Part shown: positions 23,109 through 33,498 of the stretch, one piece after another
Layout: each line of letters opens with the position of its first letter
Numbering within the stretch: the stretch's first letter is position 1
Assembly (NCBI GenBank): GCA_965223335.1
Contig: OZ244991.1
Span: 1,344,001 to 1,408,000, forward strand
Source of the DNA: Thermodesulfobacteriota bacterium
GTDB lineage: Bacteria; Desulfobacterota_D; UBA1144; Nemesobacterales; UBA2774
DNA: 64,000 nucleotides
Direction: 5' to 3'
Notes under the pieces: model-generated
What the model saw: the letters and a program-made list of their open reading frames with translations, nothing else
Told to the model about the DNA's origin: nothing
The model's database searches: none
Program-made: the position numbers and the translations under genes

Positions 23109-23549
23109 ATGGGAATGAACACTGACAGCGGTAACGGCGGGCGGGCTGTCCTCTCTGAGATTAATGTAACCCCGTTTGTGGATGTAATGCTAGTGCTGCT
23201 TGTGATATTTATGGTCACAGCTCCTATCCTTTACCAGGGTGTGGATGTAAATCTGCCTAAAACGGAGTCGAAACCCATGCCCGCTGCGGAGAGGGAGCAG
23301 AACCTTGTTCTCACTGTAAACTCAAACGGTGAGATATTTATAGAGAAAGATAAATACACGATGACCCAGTTAAAAAGGAAGATCAGAAGTGCTATTGCTG
23401 CAAAAGGCGGCGACCCTAACAAAGAAGATGTATTCCTAAGAGCTGATACGAGTGTGCCCTATGGGACTGTGATAGAGATTATGTCCGAGTTGCAGCAAGA
23501 GGGCATATACAAAATAGGGCTAATTACAGAACCGTCTTCAGACAAATAG
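23109..23549 (+). CDS. tolR: TolR (ExbD/TolR family)
   Basis: SEINVTPFVDVMLVLLVIFMVTAP and LRADTSVPYG. Confidence 0.93.
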   Translation: MGMNTDSGNGGRAVLSEINVTPFVDVMLVLLVIFMVTAPILYQGVDVNLPKTESKPMPAAEREQNLVLTVNSNGEIFIEKDKYTMTQLKRKIRSAIAAKGGDPNKEDVFLRADTSVPYGTVIEIMSELQQEGIYKIGLITEPSSDK

Positions 23550-23561
23550 ACGGTGCGAACC

Positions 23562-24659
23562 ATGAAGGACAAAAACGATAAATCAAAAGGCAGTTCGTTT
23601 TGGGCTATGGTTTTTTCCATTGGCCTGCACGCCGGGCTTATTCTCCTCATACTATACTGGGGATTCGGGCCCAAAAAGGATGTGAAGGCTCCCCGGACCA
23701 TGGAGGTTGCCATCTCGGGTATCGAGCCCAAGGGTAGTGAAACCGCCACGGCCAAGGACACTAGGCAAAGCAAACCAAAGCCTCCGCCTAAAAAGCCCGA
23801 GGTTAAAAAAACTGAGCCTAAAACCGCAAAGAAAGAACCCGAGAAACCAAAAGAGGTAGAAGAGGTCAAACCTAAACCCCCTCCTCCGCCTCCCCCACCT
23901 CCTCCGGAAAAAAAAGAGGAGCCCGAGAAGGTAGAGAAAAAAGAGCCGGAACCACCTAAAAAAGAGCCCGAGAAAAAAGAGGTCTTACCCCTAGAGCCGG
24001 AAAAGAAGGAAGAACCTAAAAAAGTAGAGAAGAAAGAAGAGAAAAAACCCGAAAAGAAAAAAGAGGAAAAGAAGGTCGAGAAAAAGCCCACGCCCACAAA
24101 ACCGCCCGAGAAAACTGCAAAGTCCGAAGATAAGTCGAGTGATATGAAAGATGTGATACGTGATATTGAGAAGCGTAAGTTCTTAAAAGACCTTGAAGAG
24201 GATTTAGGTAAAGGAGAAGAGGTCGAGCTTGAGGAAACACCGATAGAGGACGACGGGGTCATAGGGGAGAGGGACCTTGCTATGGCAGACTCCCAGGATG
24301 ACGAACCTGGGGAGCCTGCGGGCGTGAGCTCGGGCTCAAAACAGGGCAGTGGGGCTGCGAGCCCGGTTATAATCCGTTTGTATACGGAAAAGATTCACCA
24401 GAAAATAAGCAGAAACTGGACAATCCCTCCCAGCGTGCCCACAGAAGAGAACCTGGAGTCGCTCATATTCTTTAAAATAGATGAGAGCGGCAAGGTCTAT
24501 GATGTTAAAGTTAACGAGTCGTCAGGCAACAAAGCCTTTGATGATTTTTGCGTGAGAGCAATTTACAAATCCGCTCCCCTGCCTCCGCCCCCGCAAGAGC
24601 TGGTTACGGAAGCCAAAAATAATGGTATTGTTGTGCCGTTTCGAAATGAACCTTACTAG
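23562..24659 (+). CDS. tolA: TolA/TonB-family energy transducer
   Basis: TM helix with SIGLH motif, K/E/P-rich linker containing 10 consecutive Pro, and a C-terminal domain (SSGNKAFDD...APLPPPP). Confidence 0.85.
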   Translation: MKDKNDKSKGSSFWAMVFSIGLHAGLILLILYWGFGPKKDVKAPRTMEVAISGIEPKGSETATAKDTRQSKPKPPPKKPEVKKTEPKTAKKEPEKPKEVEEVKPKPPPPPPPPPPEKKEEPEKVEKKEPEPPKKEPEKKEVLPLEPEKKEEPKKVEKKEEKKPEKKKEEKKVEKKPTPTKPPEKTAKSEDKSSDMKDVIRDIEKRKFLKDLEEDLGKGEEVELEETPIEDDGVIGERDLAMADSQDDEPGEPAGVSSGSKQGSGAASPVIIRLYTEKIHQKISRNWTIPPSVPTEENLESLIFFKIDESGKVYDVKVNESSGNKAFDDFCVRAIYKSAPLPPPPQELVTEAKNNGIVVPFRNEPY

Positions 24660-24670
24660 GTAGATACACA

Positions 24671-25291
24671 ATGAAACTTATACTAGTGCGCCACGGCCAA
24701 ACCGACTGGAATCGAGACGGCAGATGCCAGGGTGTGGCCGATATAGAGCTAAACGATTTTGGCAGGCTACAGATCGAAGAGTTGGCACTATCGCTTAGGC
24801 ATGAGGAGATCGTGGCCGTATACTCGAGTGATTTGATCAGGGCCAGGGATACTGCCGTGGAGATTGCGAGACACCACGAGCTAGAGGTTAAGATTGATCC
24901 GGATATTAGAGAGATGGACCAGGGGGAGTTAGAGGGTTTAATGTTTGACGAGATAAGAGAGAGATACGCTCATGTGCTCGAGGAATGGAGGGAAAGCCCC
25001 GAGACCCTAAGACTCCCGAAAGGGGAATCTTTGGTAGAGGTGCAGGCTAGAGCGTGGAGAGCTTTTCAGGCTCTTCAATCCCGACATATGGGAGAGACTG
25101 TAGTGGCTGTGAGTCATAACCTCACGATTATGACACTGCTATGCAAGATAAGTGGTGACGGATTGGGGAGTTTTCGAAAATACAATATGGATGCCGCTTC
25201 TAAGCACACGGTTCTTTGTAGTAACCGTGGGTTATCTATTGAGGTTTTTAACGACGTTTCGCATCTAAACTCTCTTTCCACGAATACTTAA
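24671..25291 (+). CDS. Histidine phosphatase superfamily protein
   Basis: LVRHGQTDWN, YSSDLIRA, EMDQGELEG and VSH. Confidence 0.92.
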   Translation: MKLILVRHGQTDWNRDGRCQGVADIELNDFGRLQIEELALSLRHEEIVAVYSSDLIRARDTAVEIARHHELEVKIDPDIREMDQGELEGLMFDEIRERYAHVLEEWRESPETLRLPKGESLVEVQARAWRAFQALQSRHMGETVVAVSHNLTIMTLLCKISGDGLGSFRKYNMDAASKHTVLCSNRGLSIEVFNDVSHLNSLSTNT

Positions 25292-25371
25292 AACCCGCTT
25301 GTAATACCTATCAATAAACATGCGTACTGTCCTTGTATGTTGTTTTTACATGTGGTGTAATTCTCGGTGAT

Positions 25372-27036
25372 ATGAAAGAAGATATAGAGAGAGTAGTCAG
25401 GGCATCGGTAGACCAAATCTTAAAAGAAAACAGTATCACGGACCTTGATCTGCTGATAGAGGTAGGGATCCCTAAGAATAAGGATTTTGGGGATTTCTCA
25501 GTCAATACAGCCATGGTATTGGCAAAGGTCTTGGGTAAAAAACCGCGCGACATTGCAGAGCTCATAATCAATAACCTGCCGGAGGAACACGAAACACTTT
25601 TCAACAAGGTAGAGATTGCAGGGGCGGGATTCGTAAACTTTTATGTGAAAGAAGGGGCTGTGGTTGAGAAGCTCCTTGAGATCGACAGATTGGGCGGGGA
25701 CTTTGGACGGGTGGACATAGGGCAGGGTGAGAAGGTGTTGGTAGAGTTTGTGAGCGCCAACCCGACGGGCTACCTGCACATGGGGCATGCTCGTAATGCG
25801 GTGGTGGGTGATACGATTGCAAACATACTTAGTCACTCGGGATATGATGTAACCAGGGAGTTCTATATAAACGATGCGGGCCGCCAGGTGGAGATGCTCG
25901 GGCGATCTGTGTATGCGCGCTATCTGGAGCTATGTGGCCAGCAGGCCGAGCTGCCAGAGGACGGCTATAAGGGTGATTATGTAGTGGAGATAGCCCGGGA
26001 ACTTAAGGAGCAGGACGGGGATAAATACTTAACTAAAACTGAGCACTACACGCTTAGCTATTTTACCCAATATGCAAAGACAAGACTTATTGGTGAAATC
26101 ACGGCGGATTTGGACTCGATCGGCGTTAAGTTCGATAACTGGTACAGCGAGAGCGAGAATCTTCATCGAGGGGACCAAAACAAGATCGATGAGATCAAAA
26201 GGGAGCTGGATAAAAGAGGGGTTCTGGAAGAAAAAGAGGGGGCGTTGTGGTTTAAGGCAACTGATTTCGGGGATACTCAAGACTGGGTAGTTATAAAGAG
26301 TGACGGCTCGCCCACATATTTCCTCGCAGATATTGCGTACCACTATGATAAGTATGTTAGGGGATACGAGCGTTTGATAAACGTGTGGGGTGCGGACCAT
26401 CACAGCCACATTGCACGTTTGCGTGCGGCACTCCGTGCCTTGGGTTACGGGGAACAGGGGTTTGATGTTTTACTGATCCAGTTCGTGCGATTGGTAAGCG
26501 GCGGGCAGGAGGTAGCAATGTCGAAAAGGTCAGGGAGCTATGTTACGATGCGTGATGTTGTGGGGGAGGTAGGCCCCGATGTGCTGCGCTTTTTTATGCT
26601 GATGAGGAGTTCCGACACCCACCTGGATTTTGATATAGAGCTGGCCAAACAGGAATCAAATGAGAACCCGGTTTTCTATATTCAGTACGCCCATGCGAGG
26701 ATAGAGAGTGTGCTTAGAAAAGCTAAGGAGGAGGGTAGTGAGAGAGCGCCGGACCACTTAGATCTGCTCACAGCACCCGAGGAGTTGAGCATTATAAAAA
26801 AATTGCTGCAATTCCCTGAGGCTATAGGGGACAGTGCTCAAACCTTGGCCCCGCATAAGGTAGTTTATTATTTGGGGGAACTGGCCTCGGAATTCCATAA
26901 CTATTATAATAAATATAGAGTGCTTGTGGATGATGACGAGTTATCGTCTGCGAGGCTTTATTTGATTATTTGTATACAAACAGTTTTTAGAAACGGACTC
27001 AAACTACTCGGAATAGATGCCCCAGAGAGGATGTGA
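25372..27036 (+). CDS. argS: Arginine--tRNA ligase
   Basis: VEFVSANPTGYLHMGHAR (HIGH-type), MSKRSG and NPVFYIQYAHAR. Confidence 0.98.
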   Translation: MKEDIERVVRASVDQILKENSITDLDLLIEVGIPKNKDFGDFSVNTAMVLAKVLGKKPRDIAELIINNLPEEHETLFNKVEIAGAGFVNFYVKEGAVVEKLLEIDRLGGDFGRVDIGQGEKVLVEFVSANPTGYLHMGHARNAVVGDTIANILSHSGYDVTREFYINDAGRQVEMLGRSVYARYLELCGQQAELPEDGYKGDYVVEIARELKEQDGDKYLTKTEHYTLSYFTQYAKTRLIGEITADLDSIGVKFDNWYSESENLHRGDQNKIDEIKRELDKRGVLEEKEGALWFKATDFGDTQDWVVIKSDGSPTYFLADIAYHYDKYVRGYERLINVWGADHHSHIARLRAALRALGYGEQGFDVLLIQFVRLVSGGQEVAMSKRSGSYVTMRDVVGEVGPDVLRFFMLMRSSDTHLDFDIELAKQESNENPVFYIQYAHARIESVLRKAKEEGSERAPDHLDLLTAPEELSIIKKLLQFPEAIGDSAQTLAPHKVVYYLGELASEFHNYYNKYRVLVDDDELSSARLYLIICIQTVFRNGLKLLGIDAPERM

Positions 27037-27038
27037 AC

Positions 27039-28025
27039 ATGACCAAGCAGCGAAGGACCTCGAACTCAAAGCTCATAATGTTGTTTGTATCGTTTTTTGT
27101 GTTATTTGTATTGGTGTTTAGCCTGGGGGTTATAGTCGGTAAAGGCCTTAGCACCGATCCCAATTTGCTCGCGCGTAAAGATCAAAGTAGCTCCATTAAC
27201 AAAAGCTCCGCCAAATCTAGGCAGAGCCCCAAAGACTCAAGCACTAAGGTGATAAAACCGACTGAGAAACCACATGTCACCGACACAGAAGCGGGCAGTT
27301 CTGAAGAATCTGCGGGTAGCCCTACACCCAAGCCGAATACGGAACAAAAGGAAAAAGTTACCAAACAGGACTCAGATTCAAAAAATGAGCCTAAGCCAAA
27401 ACCCACACCTTCACTAACCACAGACTCTCAGTTTGCAGCCAGAACCCCAAGCCCGGCCGATCTTACTACTCTGCGCAAAACCGAGCCCAAACCTACTCCC
27501 ACCGCTAAAACCGAAGCCACTGAGGACAAAAAGACACCGAAGGATATTACTGCTGAAAAGACCGAGGACAGTATGCGAGGTGTAGTGGACGAGATTGAGA
27601 ATAAACTCAAGGCTGAGAAAACTGAAACAGAGTCAAGCGTCGCCAAGGCTAATGACGACAGTTCTGATCAAAATACTCTAACGCCCGATGAAGGTGTCAG
27701 TACAGATCTGAGTAAGGGTGATAAAACTCAGGAGGGAACCGAAATAGTGGAGACCGAACTCTTCCCCCCACCCACCAGCTCGGGTAAATACACCGTCCAG
27801 ATCGGTTCGTTTCAAAAGGAGTCTGAAGCAATTAAGTTTGCCAAGATGCTTAACTCTAAGGGATACCCGGTATTCATAAAGCCTATGACGACCGAGGACA
27901 ATAAAACCTGGCATAGGGTGCGAGTGGGGACCTTTAATGATATTGAGGCCGCCCGGCTCTATGGAGATAATATGAAAGCTAAGGAAAAAGAGGTGAACCT
28001 TATATTTATTACGCTGAACAATTAG
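27039..28025 (+). CDS. SPOR-domain protein (FtsN/DedD-like architecture)
   Basis: N-terminal TM, long low-complexity linker, C-terminal YTVQIGSF...WHRVRVGTF; directly after argS. Confidence 0.88.
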   Translation: MTKQRRTSNSKLIMLFVSFFVLFVLVFSLGVIVGKGLSTDPNLLARKDQSSSINKSSAKSRQSPKDSSTKVIKPTEKPHVTDTEAGSSEESAGSPTPKPNTEQKEKVTKQDSDSKNEPKPKPTPSLTTDSQFAARTPSPADLTTLRKTEPKPTPTAKTEATEDKKTPKDITAEKTEDSMRGVVDEIENKLKAEKTETESSVAKANDDSSDQNTLTPDEGVSTDLSKGDKTQEGTEIVETELFPPPTSSGKYTVQIGSFQKESEAIKFAKMLNSKGYPVFIKPMTTEDNKTWHRVRVGTFNDIEAARLYGDNMKAKEKEVNLIFITLNN

Positions 28026-28064
28026 TACTACACCGGTTATAATAATAAAAATGAGGCTTTTGGT

Positions 28065-29594
28065 ATGTACTCCGTAGATAAATCTAGAATCAATATTCTC
28101 ATTATTGCTTTAGTATGTTTAGCGCTTTCGGCGACTGATCTTACCGCAGCGTCCAGGGTAGATACTGCCTCGGGTCTGCATAAGATTACATTTGGTACCG
28201 ATCTCGGGCAGGTAGTGGTCTATGTGCCCGACGACACGGCAGCCGGGGACAAAATCACAGGGACTATAGAGATACAACCGGTAGGCTCAAATAACGAGCT
28301 GGCTAACTACTACGTGGATTTGGACACTGTAAGCATCCCAGTCTCGAGCAGGGTGTTTGAGCTTGAGGTTCCGAAAAACATGGCAGGTGCTGTGATGAAA
28401 TTCAGTTTAAAAGACGCGGGGAGAAGAGAAGTAGATACAGCTTTTATACCGGTCCTCTTGTCCTCCTCTGTGATGCGCAGGTCAGGTGATCCCAAGCCCT
28501 CGGACTTTGAGTGCCCTGTAGTGGGGCAGTCGGGCCGTCACCTGCAGGTCGAGGGGCCTTTTGACGGTAAATTCTCTACAACACAGTTTAGCATCGGAGG
28601 GAAAAAAGCAGTATTGTTGGCCGAATCGCCTAGGAAATTAGCATTTAGGGTGCCGAATAATATTGTTGGCACTAACGAGATCCTATTAAATGAAAACGGA
28701 GTAGAGGTAAGGGCTCCGTTTAAGAGCCTTCAAGTCGTAAGGATTGATCAGTCGGGTGCAGTGACAGTGTCGGAAGCCCCTGTCGAGACCGTGCCCACTG
28801 TGCCCACTCCCACAGAGCCTGTTACCCAAGAGCAAAAAGCCACAGACTCCAAAGACGACCAAGTGCTTACCGAGTCGGATATCTCGGACGATAAAGAACT
28901 ACTTCCCACAATTCAGAGCATGGATTTCCAGGGTGTCGAGGCAGAAATGGGACCCATCGACCCGGCACAGGAAAAGAGGATGATTATAGCACGCCAGTTG
29001 AATGTGTCTCTAAATAGCAGTGGGGGAGGTAACGTGCTTCCCAAAGAGCAGGTGGAAACCGCCGAGATAGAAACTACGAATGAAGAGAGTTCCGAGGGTG
29101 TAGTAGAGACCGAGCTGCCAGATACCGGTATTGAGACGAGTGAGCCTGAAAGGGCATTGAGTGCGGCGTTGCCCGAGGCTCGGGATTCGCTCGTCCCGTC
29201 TGTGGACGATGAACCTGTCTCTATCGAAACACTAAAACTCGAATTAATCAAAGCACAGCTTAGCACAGCACTTGGTGGTGCTATGGGCTTAGCCGATGTG
29301 AGTTCGGCCAAGAACAAAAAGCTTGGGGATTTTGCACAGGCTCCCGAGGGCGGTAAATTCACGGTGCAGGTCGCATCGTTCAAAAGACAAGAGGACGCCG
29401 TGGAGTTTGCCCAACTGCTTCAGAACAAAGGATACAAAGTGTATGTAATGCAGACAGAAATCACTGGGAAAGGGGTTTGGAACAGAGTTAGGGTTGGGGA
29501 ATTTGAGACTAAAAACGAAGCCTCGTCATACGCAGATCAATTGATCGAAAATGAACCGATTATTAAGGCTTTCTTTGTGGCAGAATCCGAGTAA
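28065..29594 (+). CDS. SPOR-domain protein with an unrecognised N-terminal beta-rich domain
   Basis: Signal peptide; about 200 aa beta-rich region; acidic linker; C-terminal FTVQVASF...WNRVRVGEF. Confidence 0.85.
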   Translation: MYSVDKSRINILIIALVCLALSATDLTAASRVDTASGLHKITFGTDLGQVVVYVPDDTAAGDKITGTIEIQPVGSNNELANYYVDLDTVSIPVSSRVFELEVPKNMAGAVMKFSLKDAGRREVDTAFIPVLLSSSVMRRSGDPKPSDFECPVVGQSGRHLQVEGPFDGKFSTTQFSIGGKKAVLLAESPRKLAFRVPNNIVGTNEILLNENGVEVRAPFKSLQVVRIDQSGAVTVSEAPVETVPTVPTPTEPVTQEQKATDSKDDQVLTESDISDDKELLPTIQSMDFQGVEAEMGPIDPAQEKRMIIARQLNVSLNSSGGGNVLPKEQVETAEIETTNEESSEGVVETELPDTGIETSEPERALSAALPEARDSLVPSVDDEPVSIETLKLELIKAQLSTALGGAMGLADVSSAKNKKLGDFAQAPEGGKFTVQVASFKRQEDAVEFAQLLQNKGYKVYVMQTEITGKGVWNRVRVGEFETKNEASSYADQLIENEPIIKAFFVAESE

Positions 29595-29727
29595 TTCCCT
29601 GTGTCATTAATTACGGTAATGGAGGATCAGGACTAACATTTAGGAGTTGCTATATCCGGTTAAAGTAGATAATGTAGAACCTGATACCCCCAGACACATA
29701 CACTAAAACAATTGGAATCGTTTATCT

Positions 29728-30471
29728 ATGGTAGATCACGAACAGATCGCAGGGCGTGCGAAAGACAAGAAGAAGCCCCCGTCTTCAAAACTCTTGGGCA
29801 GCGGGATAAAATCATGGTGGTTGCTCTTGATGTTGCCTATAGAGGACTATCTGGTCCAGATTAAGATCCACCCCAATGTGCTAACTGTATCCACATTGGT
29901 AGTGGCTGCTATTACCGGGTTCTTTTACCATATCGGGTGGATTTTTGTGGCGGGGATATTGGTGTTGGGTGGATCAACTTTTGATATATTTGACGGACGG
30001 GTAGCTAGGGCACAGGGCTTAAACAGTCAGAGCGGGGCATTCTTTGACTCGTGTTTAGATAGGTTCTCCGAGGCCTTCATATACCTGGGGCTAATCAGCC
30101 TTTTTCAGGGCACCGTGTTTTCCTACATAGTGTTTTTAATCCTAGTGTCGACGACTATGGTGAGCTACACAAGGGCTCGTTCCGAGGGGCTAGGGGTGAA
30201 ATGTGAGGTCGGCATTATGCAACGGACCGAAAGGATAGTTTACTTGGGAGTGTTATCGGTCTTTAATTTTATCGGTAATTTTATCGCCGGTTATTTCGGT
30301 TTTGCCAAAGATGACTACCTGCTTAAACTTGCACTTATCATAATGCTGGTGTTTTCTCTCTATACCGCTATACAGAGAATGAGTCATGTAATGGGTCAGT
30401 TAAAGGAAAGAGAGTCCGCAGATAGCGTGGAAACAGAGGTGAGTGTCGTGGACGAACCTACGGCAGAGTAA
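29728..30471 (+). CDS. CDP-alcohol phosphatidyltransferase
   Basis: DIFDGRVARAQG-x4-GAFFDSCLDRFSE signature. Confidence 0.93.
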   Translation: MVDHEQIAGRAKDKKKPPSSKLLGSGIKSWWLLLMLPIEDYLVQIKIHPNVLTVSTLVVAAITGFFYHIGWIFVAGILVLGGSTFDIFDGRVARAQGLNSQSGAFFDSCLDRFSEAFIYLGLISLFQGTVFSYIVFLILVSTTMVSYTRARSEGLGVKCEVGIMQRTERIVYLGVLSVFNFIGNFIAGYFGFAKDDYLLKLALIIMLVFSLYTAIQRMSHVMGQLKERESADSVETEVSVVDEPTAE

Positions 30472-30489
30472 AAATAATTAACCTTTGTA

Positions 30490-31047
30490 CTATTCTTCGT
30501 TATCAGCTGTTTCAGTTTCTTTAGATTTTTCTTCCGCAGTGTCGGCAGCTGTCTCTTGTTCTGCGCTAGCGGGCTCATTGGCCACTGCTTCTTCCGCTGC
30601 TTTAGGTGCGGAGTCTTCTGTAGGTGTAACGGGCTCTTCGGGCTCAACTTCCACAGCCTCAACTGCACTGTCGTCCAGCGTTGCCGTTTGCTGTTCGTAG
30701 CGCGTCCTTTCTTTGATTCGGCTTGCTTTTTTGGATCTGCCTCTGAGGTAGTAGAGTTTAGCGCGTCTTACTTTACCCCTTCTTTTAATCTCTATTTTGT
30801 CTATTAGAGGTGAGTGCAGAGGGAAAATCCTCTCGACCCCGACCCCGTAGGATACTTTGCGTACAATAAAGGTTTCTCTCGACCCACCGCCTTTTTTTGC
30901 AATCACCACGCCTTCGAATACCTGGATTCTTTCTCTATCGCCCTCTTTGATTTTATAGTGGACCGCAACCGTGTCCCCGGGCCTAAAATCCGGGAGGTTA
31001 GTCCTCATCATTGTCTTTTCTATCTGTTCTATAGCGTTCATCTGCAT
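30490..31047 (-). CDS. rplS: 50S ribosomal protein L19 with acidic C-terminal tail
   Basis: [17 protein letters not shown] and [15 protein letters not shown] at 31047 follows AAGGAG. Confidence 0.97.
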   Translation of the reverse strand: MQMNAIEQIEKTMMRTNLPDFRPGDTVAVHYKIKEGDRERIQVFEGVVIAKKGGGSRETFIVRKVSYGVGVERIFPLHSPLIDKIEIKRRGKVRRAKLYYLRGRSKKASRIKERTRYEQQTATLDDSAVEAVEVEPEEPVTPTEDSAPKAAEEAVANEPASAEQETAADTAEEKSKETETADNEE

Positions 31048-31058
31048 AATCACTCCTT

Positions 31059-32357
31059 TCATATTTTACACGCGAGAAGCCTGTCCAACACTATCGCAGC
31101 GGCGCTTCTTACAGACAGATGGTTGTAAGTGGTAAACCCCTCGACAGGGTTAAGCGCATAGTTGCTGCTACTCATAAGCTCCTCGGATATTCCCCAGCCA
31201 GTACCGAAAAGTATTAGATAGGGTTTTTGTCCCTGGAATATCATTTTTCTCAAAGTTTTGTGTCCTATAGTATTGTCTCTGTGCCTTGCGTCTGTTACTA
31301 CTACCTCTGGTCTTTGGCCCTCTCGGGCCTCGACATCCGCAACGGCAGCTTCATACGAATCTTTTATATCCACAAGCTCAATAGCCTCTGCGCGCGACGT
31401 GTTGTATTGCGGTCCAGGGCCCTCGGTCCAATGCTTAATCACACGGGTGGCCAGCTCTTGCTGCTCTGCCATGGGATGGATGAGATAAAACCCTTTAACC
31501 CCATATGTTTTTGCAGCCCGCGCGATATCGTGTATATCTAAATTCGTGAAAGCCGTTGTAATAATATCGAGCCGATTATTGTATACTGGATAATGGATTA
31601 ATGCAATATATACACTAAAAGATGGGCTTTGGCTGAGTTTGAGCTCATCGATCAGTTTTTTGTCATCCATCTCGAGAGCGGCTTCATCCAACAGATCGGG
31701 TCTTTGGCGGAATGTCTTTTTTATACTCTCTGTTCTCCTCCATTTCCCTACCTCTCTATGGTTGCCTGACAATAGGATATTCGGCACCTCGAGACCTTTA
31801 TACTCAGGGGGCCGGGTGTACTGAGGGTACTCTAACCGTCCCTGGTGAAAGGATTCATCAAGTGCCGAGTTTTCGTTGCCGAGTACACCGGGGATATGCC
31901 TTGATACGGTGTCTACAATCACACACGCTGCGTATTCCCCTCCGCTCAGCACATAATCGCCGATTGAAAGCTCTAGGTCTACATATAGCTCCCGCACACG
32001 TTCGTCAATGCCCTCGTACCTGCCGCATACTATGATCAGTTGGTCGTAGGCGGCAAGCTCCCTCGCCGTGTCTTCGTCGTATACTTGCCCTCTAGGGGTG
32101 GTTAAGATCACCAACGATTTAAGGTCATTGGTACGTGCACTCTCAATGGCTTTGCCTACGGGCTCAGCCATCATAAGCATCCCGCTACCACCGCCGTAGG
32201 GCTTGTCGTCCACTGTTCTGTGTTTATCCTCGGTAAAATCCCTTATGTCGTGTGTATCTATCTGTAGAGTTTTACTCTCGGTGGCCTTGCCTAAAACACC
32301 CGACGACAGCGGAGTGCGAAAAAAGTCGGGGAATATTGTTATGATATCGAATTTCAT
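31059..32357 (-). CDS. trmD: tRNA (guanine37-N1)-methyltransferase fused to a second SPOUT (Tm1570/DUF2168-like) domain
   Basis: [22 protein letters not shown] and [11 protein letters not shown], then [24 protein letters not shown] and [17 protein letters not shown]. Confidence 0.95.
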   Translation of the reverse strand: MKFDIITIFPDFFRTPLSSGVLGKATESKTLQIDTHDIRDFTEDKHRTVDDKPYGGGSGMLMMAEPVGKAIESARTNDLKSLVILTTPRGQVYDEDTARELAAYDQLIIVCGRYEGIDERVRELYVDLELSIGDYVLSGGEYAACVIVDTVSRHIPGVLGNENSALDESFHQGRLEYPQYTRPPEYKGLEVPNILLSGNHREVGKWRRTESIKKTFRQRPDLLDEAALEMDDKKLIDELKLSQSPSFSVYIALIHYPVYNNRLDIITTAFTNLDIHDIARAAKTYGVKGFYLIHPMAEQQELATRVIKHWTEGPGPQYNTSRAEAIELVDIKDSYEAAVADVEAREGQRPEVVVTDARHRDNTIGHKTLRKMIFQGQKPYLILFGTGWGISEELMSSSNYALNPVEGFTTYNHLSVRSAAAIVLDRLLACKI

Positions 32358-32380
32358 GGTAGTGGTCTGATAAGGGTTTC

Positions 32381-32893
32381 CTATAGGTCTAAAAGCCCTG
32401 GGATGGGTGAAATAACGATTCTCGAGTTATCTAAATCAACCGATACTATAAACGGTTCTGTAAACGGTACTAATATCTCATTCGAATCTTTAGTTACCAC
32501 TAGCGTGCTTTGCATGGCGTTGTCAAGCAGGGTTTTCACAGTTCCTATTTGCTTGCCCTCCTCGGTCACAACCTCTAGACCGATTAGATCGTTCCAATAA
32601 TATTCATCGTTCTCAAGCTCTGATAGATCAGCCTTGTCTACTAAAACCTCTTTGGATGCGAGTGTCTGAGCTTCTTCGACCGAGTCGATACCGTCCAATT
32701 TAACTATGGCCGTGTTTTTATGGTATTTCCTGTGGAGGATGGTTAGCTCTAAGGGCTTTTGTCTATCCCCTAACTTTATGTACAGCCTCTCGATAGTTGA
32801 TAGGTTATCAAGCCTACGGCTATAGGGCAGGATTTTGAGCTCACCCTTGACCCCATGTGTCTTGGTTATTTTTCCAAACGGTATGAGCTCCAT
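32381..32893 (-). CDS. rimM: Ribosome maturation factor RimM
   Basis: GKITKTHGVKGE and EYYWNDLIGLEV; operon position. Confidence 0.95.
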   Translation of the reverse strand: MELIPFGKITKTHGVKGELKILPYSRRLDNLSTIERLYIKLGDRQKPLELTILHRKYHKNTAIVKLDGIDSVEEAQTLASKEVLVDKADLSELENDEYYWNDLIGLEVVTEEGKQIGTVKTLLDNAMQSTLVVTKDSNEILVPFTEPFIVSVDLDNSRIVISPIPGLLDL

Positions 32894-32912
32894 GTTGAGC
32901 CCGGGGTTAAAG

Positions 32913-33152
32913 TTACTCGAGAATCTCCAGCACTGCTCTGCGTCTCATTTTAGCTGCGGCAGCACTTAGAATGGTTCTGATTGCTTTTGCAGTTTTGCCT
33001 TGCTTCCCGATAATCTTTCCCAAGTCCTCTTGCGCCACCTTGAGTTCCAACACCGCTGTCTGTTCCCCAGCCACCTCACGCACCTCTACTTTGTCAGGGT
33101 TATCAACCAGAGATTGTGCTATAAATGATACTAGCTCCTGCAGCCTATCCAT
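32913..33152 (-). CDS. khpA: KH-domain RNA-binding protein
   Basis: [18 protein letters not shown]; lies between rpsP and rimM. Confidence 0.93.
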   Translation of the reverse strand: MDRLQELVSFIAQSLVDNPDKVEVREVAGEQTAVLELKVAQEDLGKIIGKQGKTAKAIRTILSAAAAKMRRRAVLEILE

Positions 33153-33216
33153 CTCTCAATTACCTCCTCACTAGGATCTCAAATCTAATACAAGGTTCTA
33201 CATAGCTTGCACTGGT

Positions 33217-33450
33217 CTAAACCATATTAGAGATGAGTTTGTCCACTCTATTAGTTGTTTTAGCTCCTTTACTTATCCAATCTTGAACCCTATCGGATTT
33301 AACCTCTAGCACGTGTGGCTTCTTGGATGGGTCGTAATACCCAAGAATTTCAAGAAACTTCCCGTCTCTGGGTGAACGTGAGTCAGCAGCAACAATTCTG
33401 TAGAAGGGTCTTTTTTTGGAACCCATTCTCATAAGTCTAATCTTAACCAA
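33217..33450 (-). CDS. rpsP: 30S ribosomal protein S16
   Basis: [32 protein letters not shown] start after AAGGAGG. Confidence 0.97.
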   Translation of the reverse strand: MVKIRLMRMGSKKRPFYRIVAADSRSPRDGKFLEILGYYDPSKKPHVLEVKSDRVQDWISKGAKTTNRVDKLISNMV

Positions 33451-33498
33451 ACCCGAGATACCTCCTTAAATTTATAACGCTAAATATACTACCCAATA

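Noticed and set aside
23760..24120. Repetitive purine-rich DNA as a tandem repeat or array
   Set aside because: It encodes the K/E/P linker of TolA, and there are no fixed-length identical units
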